NCBI RefSeq assembly: GCF_009914755.1
Contig: NC_060928.1
Reading direction: 5' to 3' (one strand)
From: the human T2T-CHM13v2.0 reference genome, Homo sapiens
DNA length: 64,000 nucleotides
Part shown: piece by piece, positions 1-16,226 of the stretch
Layout of the letters: each line of letters begins with the position of its first letter
Position numbering within the stretch: position 1 is the first letter of the stretch
Notes under the pieces: generated by a model
Seen by the model: only the letters and a program-made list of their open reading frames with translations
What the model was told of the DNA's origin: nothing
The model's database searches: none
Position numbers and translations under genes: made by a program

Positions 1-652
1 TGGCCAGATGAAACTAAGCATGAATATATTCTCTAAGTGTTGCATACAGGGAGACAGGCCCTGGGTGAGGGGTCTAATTGCCTAGGACATTACACACATC
101 ATTCCACAGATACATTTCTAGTACAAAAAGAAAAAATCACAATCCAAAAAAATTTTGTTTAGAATCTGGAAAGATAAACATTGAATCTGTGCACTGAAAT
201 ACTGAAATAGTGTGTTGAATCAGAAACATAACTGGGGTTATTCCTGAAAATTGATGTCACTAACTGTGAGCATGGACGTCAATGGGAAATGGGTCAAGAT
301 ATGTATTGGACCTTGTGAGTCAGGAATCCCATAAGCAAGAGGAAGTGTTATAACCTCCGTTTATTTTTGTGTTTTGTTGGTGGGTATATAGCTGCTTATA
401 TGCACACTCCACACTAGGCTAGGGAAACTCTTATAAACTTTAATAGCCATTGGAAATTTGTGTGTGGAGGAAAATAAAGTGTGGTGACATGATCTTGCAG
501 ATGTGGCTTCAAAAATATAGCAAAATGTGACTAAGCCTGAGCCTGAAAGCATGCAGAGGTAATTACAGTGGTGGCATACTGGCAACTTAGGTGGAGCCTT
601 TGTAATTGAGGGTGAAATGTAATATATCGGCAAAAGGAGGTCAAGTGGTTAA

Positions 653-994
<342 letters not shown>

Positions 995-1019
995 CCAGTC
1001 TTGCCCTTTTAATCCTATT

Positions 1020-1190
1020 GCCAATGCTTAATTGAATGACCTGTGTGATCTGGTGCCATCTACCAAACCTCAGTGAGCCTTGGCCTCATTAGCATGCATA
1101 GAATGGGGTAATCACTTCATTTATATAATTCTTACACATGATATAATACAAATAAAATGCCTAGTAATGTGGGTGCTTAATACATCGTTA
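1020..1190 (+). mobile_element. MIR fragment
   Basis: MIR-core-like 'cctcatt...aatggggtaat' and 3'-end-like 'gtgggtgcttaataca'; highly diverged. Confidence 0.55.
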
Positions 1191-3859
1191 CTCGGAAAAT
1201 TCTGCTGCCAGAGGAAAGCTTGGAGCTATCCTAGGTGGTGGCTTGTTTTTTGGTGGGGACATACAGGCTCTTCAAGGTTTTCCTTCATTTGGAATGCTAA
1301 GTCAAGACATGAGGACTGAATTTTGTCTACAATTCATTTAAGGAATAAATCCAAGTGCCCAGTGCACTTGAATGGCTCAGAAGGATAGACTTTGAGAAAA
1401 TAAGACAGTGGGCTCTGGAGTCTTCTCATGTACTTTGTTGCTTGAACTCCCGTGTATAAAATGTAGATATGATTACATATTTACCACTGACTTTTGTTTT
1501 CTTATTCTCAATGGAGAAGAAAAATCACATGTGGTGGGTTTGTAAAATAGTAAAATTATGCTTGAAGTTTGTACTTGTATGGCCTCTTTTCAAGGTACTA
1601 GACAAACTGAAAAGTCCCCTTTTCTTCTGTTGTGAAGGACTGTCAATTACTCTTCTATATTCAGCAATCTTTGCTTGAACTTTATTGATAAGGTATTCTT
1701 AATCTTAATTCTACAATATAAGAAAAACATAGATGGTCAGTTTGAGAATTAGAAAGAGAAGGCAGATTTTATCCTTTTTAAAGGCTAAAGATTTTAAAGA
1801 ATGAAAAATAAAAATGAAATTTTACTCCCATTAACAATAAAATTAGGAAAAGAACTACAGAGATAAGTGAAATAAGTGTTCCCTTTCTACCTGCCATTTT
1901 TCTTCCATATATGGATAGTCCATCTTTTTACAGTAACCATTTCAAAAGCCTGTCAACTTACAGCCAGAACTGCAAATTTCTCAGTATATATTCTATACCT
2001 AGGATAATTTTGTGCTTAGCCTTCAAATTACCATTTCAATTACAATGCAAATGGACACATGCATGCAATTTTATTTAAATGTATTGCCTTTCTTTGCCTA
2101 TTGCATTGTCATGGTGCTGCTCTCTTCTATTTGCATTCTGCTGCATTCAGGAACCAATATTTGCAATTACAGTGAATGAGAAATTGTGATTTGGCCCATA
2201 GAAGTTGACTTCTTTTAATATTCTTTTTCCACTGTTAAACTCTGAATGATATCATCATTTCTGTTTCTATCATTTACATTTTTTTCATTACCTGTAAGTA
2301 ATTCCAGATATAATGTGCTTTTTGAATTAAAGAGGGTCCATGGTTCTTTCATAGTTATACATGTCAAATTTTTCACACTTCTGATTTTTACATTTTCTGT
2401 CATTGGAAGGAGGTGAATATACTTTCTGCAAAATTCATATTTTATGCTATAGTTAATGTTTTCAAGCCATCTAGTTCAATTCTCCCTTTCCCATTCTGAA
2501 GAACACTATGTACCATCTAAACAATCACCATTTAAGGTTGAGGCGTGAGGAAAATTTAATAGCGTCATTTCCCTCTAGGTTTTGGCATTTAAAAACATAT
2601 ATAAATTTTCTTTCCTTTGTGAAAATTACTTTCATGCTTTACAAAACTTTTGGGTTTAACCTCAAATTTGAGAACCTAGAGGAGGGAGGTGTATAATGAC
2701 TATGATTTCCTAAAATGATGATTCAAGGTGCCTCCTTAATCAGGAACTAAGCCAACAGTTGAGCTAAAACTCAGACTTTCACACCTAATGTGTTTCCTTT
2801 TCCTCTGTAGGAACAGACTGATTTCTGGAGTTTCTACATCTGAGTCATTTTAATCAATGAAATAAAGCTGTGTTTTCTTTGTTACCAGAGAAAATAATAA
2901 TGCTTTGAATTTGTCAATTCTGTATAAGAGCCAGTGTTGAGTGACACTGTGTTCTCTCCTTATCTAAGGATATGGATTGAAAAATCCTCAACACAGAGAA
3001 CTCTGTGTGGGGGAACTACTAGGAAAACAGAAAATTCCTGACATCCAAATGCTTGTTTTTAAAATAATTTTATTATACTTAGACAGTATATGTGTGTCTT
3101 CTGTTATGTCTAACCAGTTTAGAATACTTAAAGGCCAATCACTGAATTCTACAGAATAGCTTATCGTTGAATCTTGTCTAATCAAACATAAGTCCTATTT
3201 TTTGGTTTGACTATAATGATCAAGTCATTTAATATCTTCTTGTACCCCTCTATTGATCATGTGCAAATAACAGCATTTCTCACTTCTATAGCCAATTTAA
3301 TAAATTATTAATATTTATTGAGTATTTTAAACTACTGCCCTAAAATGTGCATGCTAATAGATAGTGGTATGTGAGGGGAAAAAAAAATGCTTCAAGGATG
3401 ACCTCACTGGTGTTACAATGTTGACCTCCGCACAAACTCAGATAATGGCTGATGGCTTTTCCCACGAAACCATAGCTAATATATGTTTCTCCAACCCACT
3501 GCTCCTAACAATCTCCTTTGCTTTTCAAGGAAACCCATCAATATGCTTTAGAGGCACTTCATCATTATTCCTTCTACTCTTTGTGAATCATCAGTAAGGA
3601 TATATTTCAGAGCTTCTAGGGCTATATCCATTTCCTACTTTCCTCTTAAATTGTCTCTTGCAGTTAAATAGAAGGAAATGAGCTAGCTAAGTGCTCAGCT
3701 TACATGTACTCAATCAAAAATGAAATTTTACTCAGCTCTCGATTTTCCAGGTTGTAGAGGCTGGAAATTCAGAGACATTACAGCCAGAGTCAGAGATTAA
3801 TGAGAATCATATATTTTGTATAGAAATAAAGTGACTTTATTGTATATGATACATGCTTT

Positions 3860-4323
<464 letters not shown>

Positions 4324-4559
4324 TGTATATTTACTTTGCATACAATATAATGCAAGGACTGAATCAGAAAAGTACAGAGACATACAGTGCATAAGAATAA
4401 TTTTGAATGTGCAAGGAATATTGTGTCAATATTGAGAGAGACATGCTTAGGTTGTACCAAAACTTGGAGCCATTCACTGAAAAGGTGAAAGCCTGTGCTT
4501 TAGCTATGCTGGGGTATGAATGTGGGCTCACCTAAAACAATCAATAGTATATTTGAACT

Positions 4560-5800
4560 CATTAACCATTTATTGAATGCTCACCATGGACTGGCTAATT
4601 ATTATGCTCAGAATTGGGTGTACAGAGATCAATGGGAGGCAATTCTTGCTCTCAAGGCGTAACCAACATAGAAATAATAATATAGAACAAAGTACTAGTA
4701 CTGTAAGAGAGCTATTTTTTTGAAGCATGCTGGAATCAGGAAAATAATTGTAGAAATGATGACACATGAGATGAATCTTGAAGAAGGGATAGGAGTTTTT
4801 CACGTAAATAAGAGAGGGAGAGACTTTTAGTGCAAAGAAGTGAATAAAAAGAGAACACATAGTATGCTTCAGAAACAGCGTGTTCTATTTAATTTGAGAG
4901 AGGAAAGATAGAAGATAAATGGAGTGTGCAAGTCAGCAAATAATGAAGCTGGAAAATGTGGGTTGGGATCACAGTTCATGGAGCCAAAATGTCATAATAA
5001 GAAATCTGCATGTTAGCCGCCAGGAAATGAAGAGGCTTGAGAGGATTTGAAACCACAGTGTAGATCCCTGGTTCTGAACAAGTGTAGGGAGTGGACAGTG
5101 ATTTTGCCCCTTGGGGGTCATTTGGTAATGGCTAGAGACATTTTTGCTGTCAGTGGGAGATGTACTGCTGGCCTGTAGTGAGGAGAAACCAGAGATGCTG
5201 CTAAGTGAACAGGACAGGACTACAATAATTATCTGCTCCAAATATCAATTCTGCTGCTGCTGAGAAACAGCCAATCATGTAGCTAATGGGGCTGTTTAGA
5301 AGGAGAAGTCTGCGGTGGAATTCCCTTGTAGGAGGCCATTGCTATGGTTCAAGTGAAAAAAAAATTAAAACCAGAACTAAGGGACTGAAAGTATTTAGGA
5401 GAGACAATGGAAAGGTACTCGAGAATACTCAAGTTTGTGGCTTATTCAGTACAGATTCTGAGATAGAAAGAAAACTCAAGCATGACTGAACTCTTCAAAC
5501 TTGGGTAACTCAGAGTGGTTGGGGAGCTAATCAAGTCAAGGAAGTTACATAAGCTTAATTTATAAGACGCTGAGTTTGCAATTTCTATGGGTTCTTCAGA
5601 TGGAGATAGATGGCAGGCAATTAGACATATAGACCTTGGACTCTGGAAAACAGTTTGTTGATTCAGTCAAATATTAAACATTTACTGTGAGTTTTGATCC
5701 AGGCATGTGGAATCATACAACAGTAAATAAGACATACCAGGCGCCCTCCTTGAACTCCCCACAGTTCTTAGTCAGGAAAATAGATAAATGAAGTTATAGG
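4560..5800 (+). mobile_element. L2 fragments interrupted by MER20
   Basis: L2-typical 'catttattgaatgct', 'tgaatcttgaagaa', 'gctgagtttg', purine-rich texture; boundaries approximate. Confidence 0.55.
5066..5271 (+). mobile_element. MER20 (hAT-Charlie MITE)
   Basis: 'gattttgcccc...catttggtaatg...gagacattttt...agagatgctgctaa...tgagaaac' matches MER20. Confidence 0.75.
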
Positions 5801-6040
5801 TCTATGGGTAGTATTTGTCATTTTTCCTAATAAATTAGTAACACTATTTAAAATAATATTAACATGGGATGATAGTGGTGTCGTGAAACAAAAACTCAAT
5901 CTCATACATTTTTCATGGAAGCATTGCCTAGTATAACATCTTCAAATTGTAATTTATCAATATGTTTGAGGTCCTCATCTTTTAACCAAGTCATTCAAGT
6001 TCTAGGAAGTAATCAGAGATGGATTAAAACTTTCATTTAA

Positions 6041-6311
6041 GACCAGCTGCAATGTCTTATACCTGTAATCCCAGTGCTTTGGGAGGTTGAGGCAGGAGGA
6101 GCCTGGGCAACATGGCAACACCCCATCTCTATATAATTTGTTTTTAAATTAGCTGGGTATGATGGCACACACCTGTACTCCCAGCTACTCAGGAGGCTGA
6201 GGCAGGAGGATCGCCTAAGCCCAGGAGTTCGAGGTTGCAATTAGCCATGACTGTACCACTGCACTCCAGCCTGAGCAACAGAATGAGACTCTGTCTCAAA
6301 AAAACAAAAAA
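6041..6311 (+). mobile_element. AluJ with an internal deletion in the left arm
   Basis: Diverged dimer; jumps from 'gcaggagg' to 'agcctgggc'; J-type 'aggatcgcctaagcccaggagttcgagg'. Confidence 0.9.
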
Positions 6312-6783
6312 GACTTTCTTATGAAAGGATACATGCCACAGCATTATCTACAAAAGTGAATAGTTAGAAGTTCTATCTATATCTTTGTCTATCTATGTCC
6401 TTAAATTAGTATATCATGAAATTTATTAATCATCATAATTTAGTGGGAGTTAACTCTAAACAGACTTTAAATATAGTGTTTAGAAGAATGACCAGTGGCA
6501 TGAGGAAATATTCAGTTTAAGGCTAAAAAAAATTATTCGAGTTATCGAAGTCTTTCTTATAGATATAGGTAGATAAACATATAAAGTGAAAAATAAATTT
6601 AAAGTGATAATCTGAAGATGATAGGATAAAAATGGACAGGAATATTCATTTTCTGTTTTGTATGAAGAACTATCAGGGTGAAAAAGGTTATAGCTAGAAG
6701 ACACAAAAGCCTTTTATGCAAGGTGTGAGGTTTGAACCTCATCCTGAAGGCAGCCAGAAGCCATTGAAAGATTGTAAATGGAG

Positions 6784-8695
<1,912 letters not shown>

Positions 8696-8980
8696 ACAAT
8701 GAGAACACGTGGACACAGGAAGGGGAACATCACACTCTGGGGACTGTTGTGGGGTGGGGGGAGGGGGGAGGGATAGCATTGGGAGATATACCTAATGCTA
8801 GATGACGAGTTAGTGGGTGCAGCGCATCAGCATGGCACATGTATACATATGTAACTAACCGGCACATTGTGCACATGTACCCTAAAACTTAAAGTATAAT
8901 TTAAAAAAATAAAATAAAAAAATAAATGGAATAGATGAGCAAAAAAAAAAAAAAAGGAAGATTGTAAATGGAGGGACAAT

Positions 8981-9005
8981 ACACACACACACACACACAC
9001 ACACA
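8981..9005. repeat. (CA)n microsatellite
   Basis: About 12 AC units. Confidence 0.95.
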
Positions 9006-9353
9006 GTTGTTTAATTTTAGAGCTTTCTAATACATATATTTTTATGTATACACATATACAAATACATGTGAGTCCTATATAATTGGCGCCTGCATATTCA
9101 TACATACTGATTTTTTTTTACCTGTGACTGTGAATTCATTGAGACATAAATTTCAAGTTTAAAAAATGCACAGGTTAAAAAAAGGCACAGAAGAAATGAG
9201 AAAATAACAAATCTGCAAATGGCAACAGGTAGGCATAAAAGAGCAAACATATTTGGAAAAGTTAAGAAAAATGCCAAGATTGCAACTAGAATTTATTTGT
9301 TGGGTTCAAATCAGATTCTCCATGCCTCAAAAGCAAGCAGCTTTAGGTTTCTA

Positions 9354-9398
9354 AAGACAGAGAGAGACAGAGAGAATGAGAGTGAGAGAGAGAGAGAG
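9354..9398. repeat. Interrupted (GA)n microsatellite
   Basis: AG runs with interruptions. Confidence 0.85.
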
Positions 9399-10137
9399 CG
9401 AGCCCACAAAACCAACTGACCAATTTTCCTTTAAATTCGTAGATTATTGAACTCAAATGGATAATTAACACTTCTTGCAATCATGCTGTTCCAGCATTTT
9501 CCTTCCCCATAATTTGAGATGACCAATTTTTCCCTGTCTCGTTAGGCCATCTCCTCCTCTCCCGTGTGCCCTTTCCTCACACTTAGTAAAGAAAGGGAAG
9601 CCACTGGACAGCAGTATCCTCATGGTTCACTGGAACTGAAAACACACTTACATTCATACCAACCATTCCCATCTTCTTCCTGTTAAAATTCCTCTCAGAT
9701 GTTCTGGACCCCGTATCCCCAGCCTTATGCAAGGAATTCTCTTCCTTGTTTATCAGTCTATTACTTGTCTTAAAATCACATTCTACACTTTCTTTGTCCC
9801 CGTTCCTCTCTTCTCACTGACACCTCTATCCACCCCAAACTGAATTCTCTCCCCATCAATCCACTGACACTTGTCTTATCAGGGACAACAATTGATCCTG
9901 CATTATCCTATGTTTCCTGATTACATTATCACAGATTTTCCAACAGGTTTGAAAACAATCCTTTGCTTCCTCCTTCCTGAAACCCTTCCATGGAGCCACA
10001 CCATTCTTTTGACTTTGCCGGATCTTGCGCTTCCATCCTTTTTCTGACTTTCCTCTACCCATACTTTGCCGGTGAAATCCTGACCACCTTTATCTCAAGC
10101 TATACTATCTGTTGGTTATCTCTTTGCCCACCGTTTT

Positions 10138-10910
10138 AGTTTTTTTTATTATTGGTACATAGTAGATACATGTATGTATTTATAAGGTACCTGTTATGTT
10201 TTGATACAGCCATACAATGTGCAATGATCAAATCATGGTAATTGGGGATATTCATTAGCTCAAGCATTTATCATTTCTTTGTGTTAGGAACATTCCACTT
10301 TCACTCTTTTATTTATTTTAACATATACAGTAAATTATTATTGAGTGCCATCACTCTGTTGTGCTATGAAACACTAGATTTTATTAATTCTGTCTAACTA
10401 TATTTTGTACCCATTAAGAATCCCCATTTTTTGCCACACTCCCTGCTACGCTTCCCAGCCTCTGGTAACCACCCTTCTACTCTCTGTCTCCATGAGTTTA
10501 ATTATTTTATTTTTTAGCTCCCATATATGAGACTTGCAAAATTTGTCTTTCTGTGCCTGTTTTATTAACATAATGGCCTCCAGCTCCATCTATGATGTTG
10601 CAAATGACAGAATTTCATTTTTTATGACTAAATAGTATTCTATCGTATATCTGTACCACATTTTCTTTATTTATTCCTCTGTTGATAAACACTTAGGTTG
10701 ACTTCAAATCTTGGTTATTGTGAACAGTGCTGCAATAAATATGGGAGTGAAGGTATCTCCTCCATATACTGATTTCCTTTCCAGTATACACCTTCTGGTG
10801 TATACCTAGAAGTAGAATTGCCAGATTATAAGACACAGGTTTAAATACCATCTAGGTATATCTTGTATATAACTTTGGGTATATACCTAGCAGTGGGATT
10901 GCCAGATTAT
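10138..10910 (-). mobile_element. L1MA-type LINE 3' end
   Basis: 'tgatcaaatcatggtaattgggga', 'cttcccagcctctggtaacc', 'gtgaacagtgctgcaataaat'. Confidence 0.85.
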
Positions 10911-10914
10911 ATGC

Positions 10915-11960
10915 CACAGTTTTAAATACCATCTACTTGTTCATATTTTTAAAAATTTTATGGTGCCAACCTAGATCTCTCTTCACATTTTTAGGTGAGG
11001 ACATAAAATTGAGTTTCCCTGGATGTCTCATAGGCATCTCAAATGTAGCATGTCCAACCCTAAATGCTTCAAGATCTTTGAACTGGTTTCTTCCCCATCA
11101 TAGTAAATTGAATCATTCATCCAAATAGTAGTGAAAATCAGTTACCAAGTTATTATTTTGAGTCTTCTTTTAATTACCCTTCACATCAAATCCAAGTATG
11201 CAGATTCTACCTCCAAAATATATTGCACCCAGCCCTGTGCCTCCATCATTATGGATGACATCTCAGTCTATGCTGGTACCATCTTTTGCTTGAACTCCAG
11301 CCATACCCTCCTAACCAGTCTTATTCTGTCACAGCTTCCCACCCCTGGCCTAATCTGCATTTCATTAACTCTCCAAGGACTAGAATCACCTTTGAAAGAT
11401 ATGAATCCAATCCTGTTGCTCTCCTGCTTCAATTTCTTTTCTGGCTTCCTGCTAAACTTAACATCATGTGCAGCCCATCTTCCCTGTCTTTAATGCCTTG
11501 CATGTATCCCTAACCAACTTCTCTAACATTGTGTTCCTACACTCTCCCTCCAACCTTCTGGCCACATTAGCCTGCAGATACATTTTCGGATATGCATAGG
11601 ATGGTCTTTTCTGCCTCCAGGCTTTTAAATTTGCCTTTCCATGTGCCTAGACTGCTTTTTCCTTGGTTTTTTACATGACTGCTTCCTTTCCATACTTTGG
11701 GTTTTTCTCTCAATATTATCTCCTTAGAAAGCCTTAGAAATTACCTTCTTAACCAATACATTTAAAAGCATTTTTTTTATTCCAGTGCTGTTTATTTTTT
11801 TCTGTCATTGATTGAAAATTATGAATTTTATGATTATTTATTAGTTTATTTGTTTAATGCCTTTCTTGACCTCTAGAATGTCATTTCCATTAGGGAAGGA
11901 ACATTGTTTCATACAAAATTGTATGTGTGTGGTACCTACAACAATATATAACCCTATCAG
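10915..11960 (-). mobile_element. L2 fragment
   Basis: 'ggatgtctcataggcatctcaaa', 'gattctacctccaaaata', 'gcttcctttcc'; probably continuous with L2 at ~9850-10135. Confidence 0.6.
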
Positions 11961-13170
11961 ATATAAGGTTGCTCTTTTTCCAATAAACCATAACAATGGA
12001 TGTAAAATAACTGAATAGGACATATTAGAACATCAGGAGTTATATACTGAATTTGATAATATTATCTTTAGTTGACCATATGGTACAGATTTCTCTTGGC
12101 TTCTGTCAAATAAATGAGGATATGAATTCTAATTCTATAACTTACAAACCTGTATCAGATTGGAAGTGATTCAAAGTATTAGAATAACCTGGAGTACTCT
12201 CATACAATTAATTCATATTACAAATAATTGTATTTGTATTTTGATGATGAAACAGCAATTATTGATCTTGAACACGGCACTGATTTTAACAGAGTTTTAT
12301 TCAAAACCTGAAGAGAGCTTGGCTCCTCTCTCTGTGATTTAACATCAAACAGTTTGCATTGGAAGCTCACTTGTAGTATGTCTTCTGGGTAGCAGCTGTG
12401 GCTGTGGTTTGCAGGGGCAACTGCTGTTCATATTTCTGTCTCTTCGCCTTAGATGTTGTACTCTGTCTTTGTTGCCACTGAATGATGGCCACTTAGATGG
12501 CTGTATGCTACGTGATGCTGCCATCTCCTAGCAGTAAATAGCATATGCTGTCTTGTTTAAAGTTGTATTTCAACATTATGTTTTCCCTCCACACTCTAGA
12601 TGAACTCACTTTTGCTCATAACACTACAATCCTTGAGTTGTGTGTTTCAGAAGTATAACACTACCAATGATGAGGATGGCAATAAAGATGATGAATTTGG
12701 CAATGGTGTTTGATGCTGCTGATGATGATGGTGACAAATGAAGACTGTCTTAGTTTCTCTATCCATATTAAACTTTGGATATAATTCTATTTAGATTACT
12801 TTGATTAGCATCTGCTTAATTGATCAAAGTAGGAACTAGAAATGCCTCTCTATTCTCTTAAGGATGTTTTTTAAAGAAGGATCAGAACACATCTGGCTCT
12901 CAAATTCTGGCTGTTCTTCAGTCATCAACCTTATTTCTAAGGTGCTTAGTTATTTATTAATGCTTTTACTTGCTTTCCAATAGGCCATATAAAAAGGAAA
13001 TAATGTTTTATTTAGAAAAGAACACATTTTCCACTCACTGATTGTGAATTAAATGTTATAAACTGTGACAAGAATTGTCAATACTGTGCTAAATGCTTGT
13101 TTAACAATTATAATATCCAGTATTACTTTAATTTTTAATTTATGCATGTTAATGCATATGCCAATATGCA

Positions 13171-13185
13171 TTGGCATATTGCCAA
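13171..13185. promoter_or_regulatory. Perfect NFI palindrome (candidate site)
   Basis: TTGGC-ATATT-GCCAA matches TTGGC(N5)GCCAA; motif only. Confidence 0.4.
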
Positions 13186-14834
13186 TATGGAAACTCTGTA
13201 TTTTAATTTTTTATCTGCAGTATTACACAATGTGCTTAATCCTTTTTTATTTTACTTAAATGAAATTCTCTTATTCTCTACCATAATTACAAAGCTCATG
13301 TTTCTGTAAAAATAAATTCTTCCCTATCTCAAAATTGTAAGGTATTACAATTTTGAATTATTGTACATAATTATTGCACATGATTTTCCATTGGTTTGTT
13401 TGTATTTTTAAGAAAATTCAATCATAGGGAATTGGTTCATCCTTGGTGCATTGCACATGTGCATCACAGAAATGGATCTAACCATTCATCTGCTTTTAAT
13501 AATAGATTGAGCAGTTATGAACCCTCTACCCAGCCAAATAACTTCCATTTACCTATATTTTATTTCCCTTTGCCATTTTCTCTATGTCACTTAACAAATT
13601 ATTATAAGAAGTATTTTATACCGAGAGGTCACATAATTTTCATTAAATTTTATTTCAGAAATTTACCTATTTCTGAAATATGAAATTGAAATATGAAATA
13701 TGAAATTTCTGAAAGCTAAAAATATTAGAAATTGTTCTGTTCTTTGCTTTTGGTAAGTCCCAACTATCACTGCATTCTTCCTGGATTAGTCATGGTTAGT
13801 AGCATTTTCTATTTGCTTCTAATTGCTTCCAAGAGGTAAGTAAAGACAATGACTAGATTTACTTCATTTATATGAGATGTAGTTTGATTTAAGTTGTGGA
13901 TTTAGCACATGGGTCTTTCAAGTTAACTACAAACTGTTTTGTGTAGTTATATTACAATAAGATGATGCCTTTATACAACTACTGAAATTACATTCTGGTA
14001 ATTATTATTTAAGAATGCTGAGTTTCATATGCCTCTGTCTTCACCATTTGTGGATATGCAGTTGTTCTCTTAGTATTTTGATGATTAATTGCCTCTAAGG
14101 TCTTTCATATTTAACATATATTCTCAAATCGCCATTTTTGAGTGACTTGAAATTTTATATTATTTTGAATCATATAAGAGACTCAAACAACAAATGACAA
14201 CTATTAGAATCATGTGCATTCCAAAAGAGGAACATATTTTTAAATGAGGCAGTCAACATGTTTTGGCTAAAATCTAATTTTGAGAATATTGGTAGAATAA
14301 GAATAATATAATATTGTATCTTATAGATAATCATACCAGTTTTCTGTTTGGAGATTTCTGTTCAATTCTTGTATTTTCTAGATGTGTAGTTAAGTTTGAG
14401 AAAGATGAAATGACTTGTTCAATATCACGTATCTTATGAGCAAGACCATAGGTCGAACCAAAGTATCTTGTTCAATAGAATCATCAAACATTCAAGCTAG
14501 GCAGGAATTACAGGAACCTTCCATCTTGATCTAAAGTTAATAGGAAATTTTTATAATTTAAACTTCTTACATTTACTTCTGAAGATGATTAGTGAGAGGT
14601 AATACGAGAGCCAAGGCCTTTCCATGAGATAGATCCCAGCTTGAATATCAGCCCTGACACTTACTGTGTGCCCTTAAACAAGTTGCTAAATATTTCATTT
14701 CAGAGGTTTTGTTTCATTAGTAAATCAGATTTTGTGTCTCAGAGATGATAAAAGATATGCCATTAAAGATACTGTCAGAATCTGGAGGCTTTTCAATCAA
14801 TATTAATTTTCTTTTTTACCCCAATGTGATATGA

Positions 14835-14977
14835 TTACATTTCCAGGCAGATAGTCCTGCCTTTCCAGCTGGGGGATGCAAACAGTCATCACATACAGGT
14901 GGAAGAGGAGGTGAAAGGAAGTGGGAGTAAATGAATGGCTCATTTTGTTCCCAAAAGGTGTGCTAAAGAAATAAGGG
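14835..14977 (+). repeat. Left arm of a long inverted repeat
   Basis: Reverse complement of 16824-16970 with 9 substitutions and 1 indel by manual alignment. Confidence 0.97.
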
Positions 14978-15325
<348 letters not shown>

Positions 15326-16176
15326 TCATCAGTAAAAGTGATTTTATGAATGAACAACAACAATAAAGTCAGTTAGAAAAACATGGGAGGGGAAAGGGCT
15401 AGTTGGAATAGAGCAAACTACTAAAACATAATCTCATTCACTTCCCAATTCTAAAATCCACAATCCTTCTCTAAAATGCATGTTGATTGGCAACTTAGTG
15501 TTTTTTGAAAGAATGGTACTCTGTCTACATAACAAAACTAGTTATTTATAATACAATTAAAGTGATAAAGGTCTTGAGATTTTATCTATCTTAAGATATA
15601 TTTTCCACATTTTGAAAAAGAACCATGTTTTGTGATGAGAAATATGAGAATGTAATTGTTTATAATACTTTGTAGACTAGAATATTCTATAATATCCTTT
15701 ATTGTGTTTGAGGTCATTCGGCTGAGTATTTTGAAATCTCCACAAAACATTGGTTCTTGAAATTCTCTTAACATTAATGGCACAGGCAGCCATGAAGTCC
15801 AATCCTGATCACTGCCTGGGATGAAAGTGTGACTGACACTCCTGTTCTCTAAGAGTAAATGGAAACTTGGTCTTATAACCAGATTATTTGAGGAACATTT
15901 GCAGGGAACATTAATGTTAAAATTAGGAACAAATATAAAGCAACAGACTACAGTGGTAAGCATCGATTGAACAGGGAAACTGCCTTTAATGGTAAAAAAA
16001 AAAAATGCATGCAAAAACCTGTGATCTTATTTTACTATTGACTGTTTCAAAATCAAATTATATCAAGACCTGCTCAACTCTGTATATACATAGCTTGGGA
16101 TAACTGATTGTTCTGCAATCAGTTATCTATCCCAGCTATAGATTTCCTACCTCTTACACATTTATTTCAAACATAA

Positions 16177-16180
<4 letters not shown>

Positions 16181-16224
<44 letters not shown>
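16181..16224. repeat. (CA)n microsatellite
   Basis: About 22 perfect AC units. Confidence 0.97.

Positions 16225-16226
<2 letters not shown>

Noticed and set aside
8739-8772. G-quadruplex-like G tract
   Set aside because: Standard L1 3'UTR polypurine tract.
12660-12740. GAT/TGA-rich stretch that could encode an acidic peptide
   Set aside because: Degenerate trinucleotide low complexity with no long ORF or splice context.
13750-13842. Two gtaagt donor-like sites
   Set aside because: No convincing paired acceptor; such hexamers are common by chance.
15586-16014. 142-aa ORF inside the inverted-repeat spacer as a possible transposase
   Set aside because: No DDE/HTH or other recognisable motif, and no TSD outside the arms.
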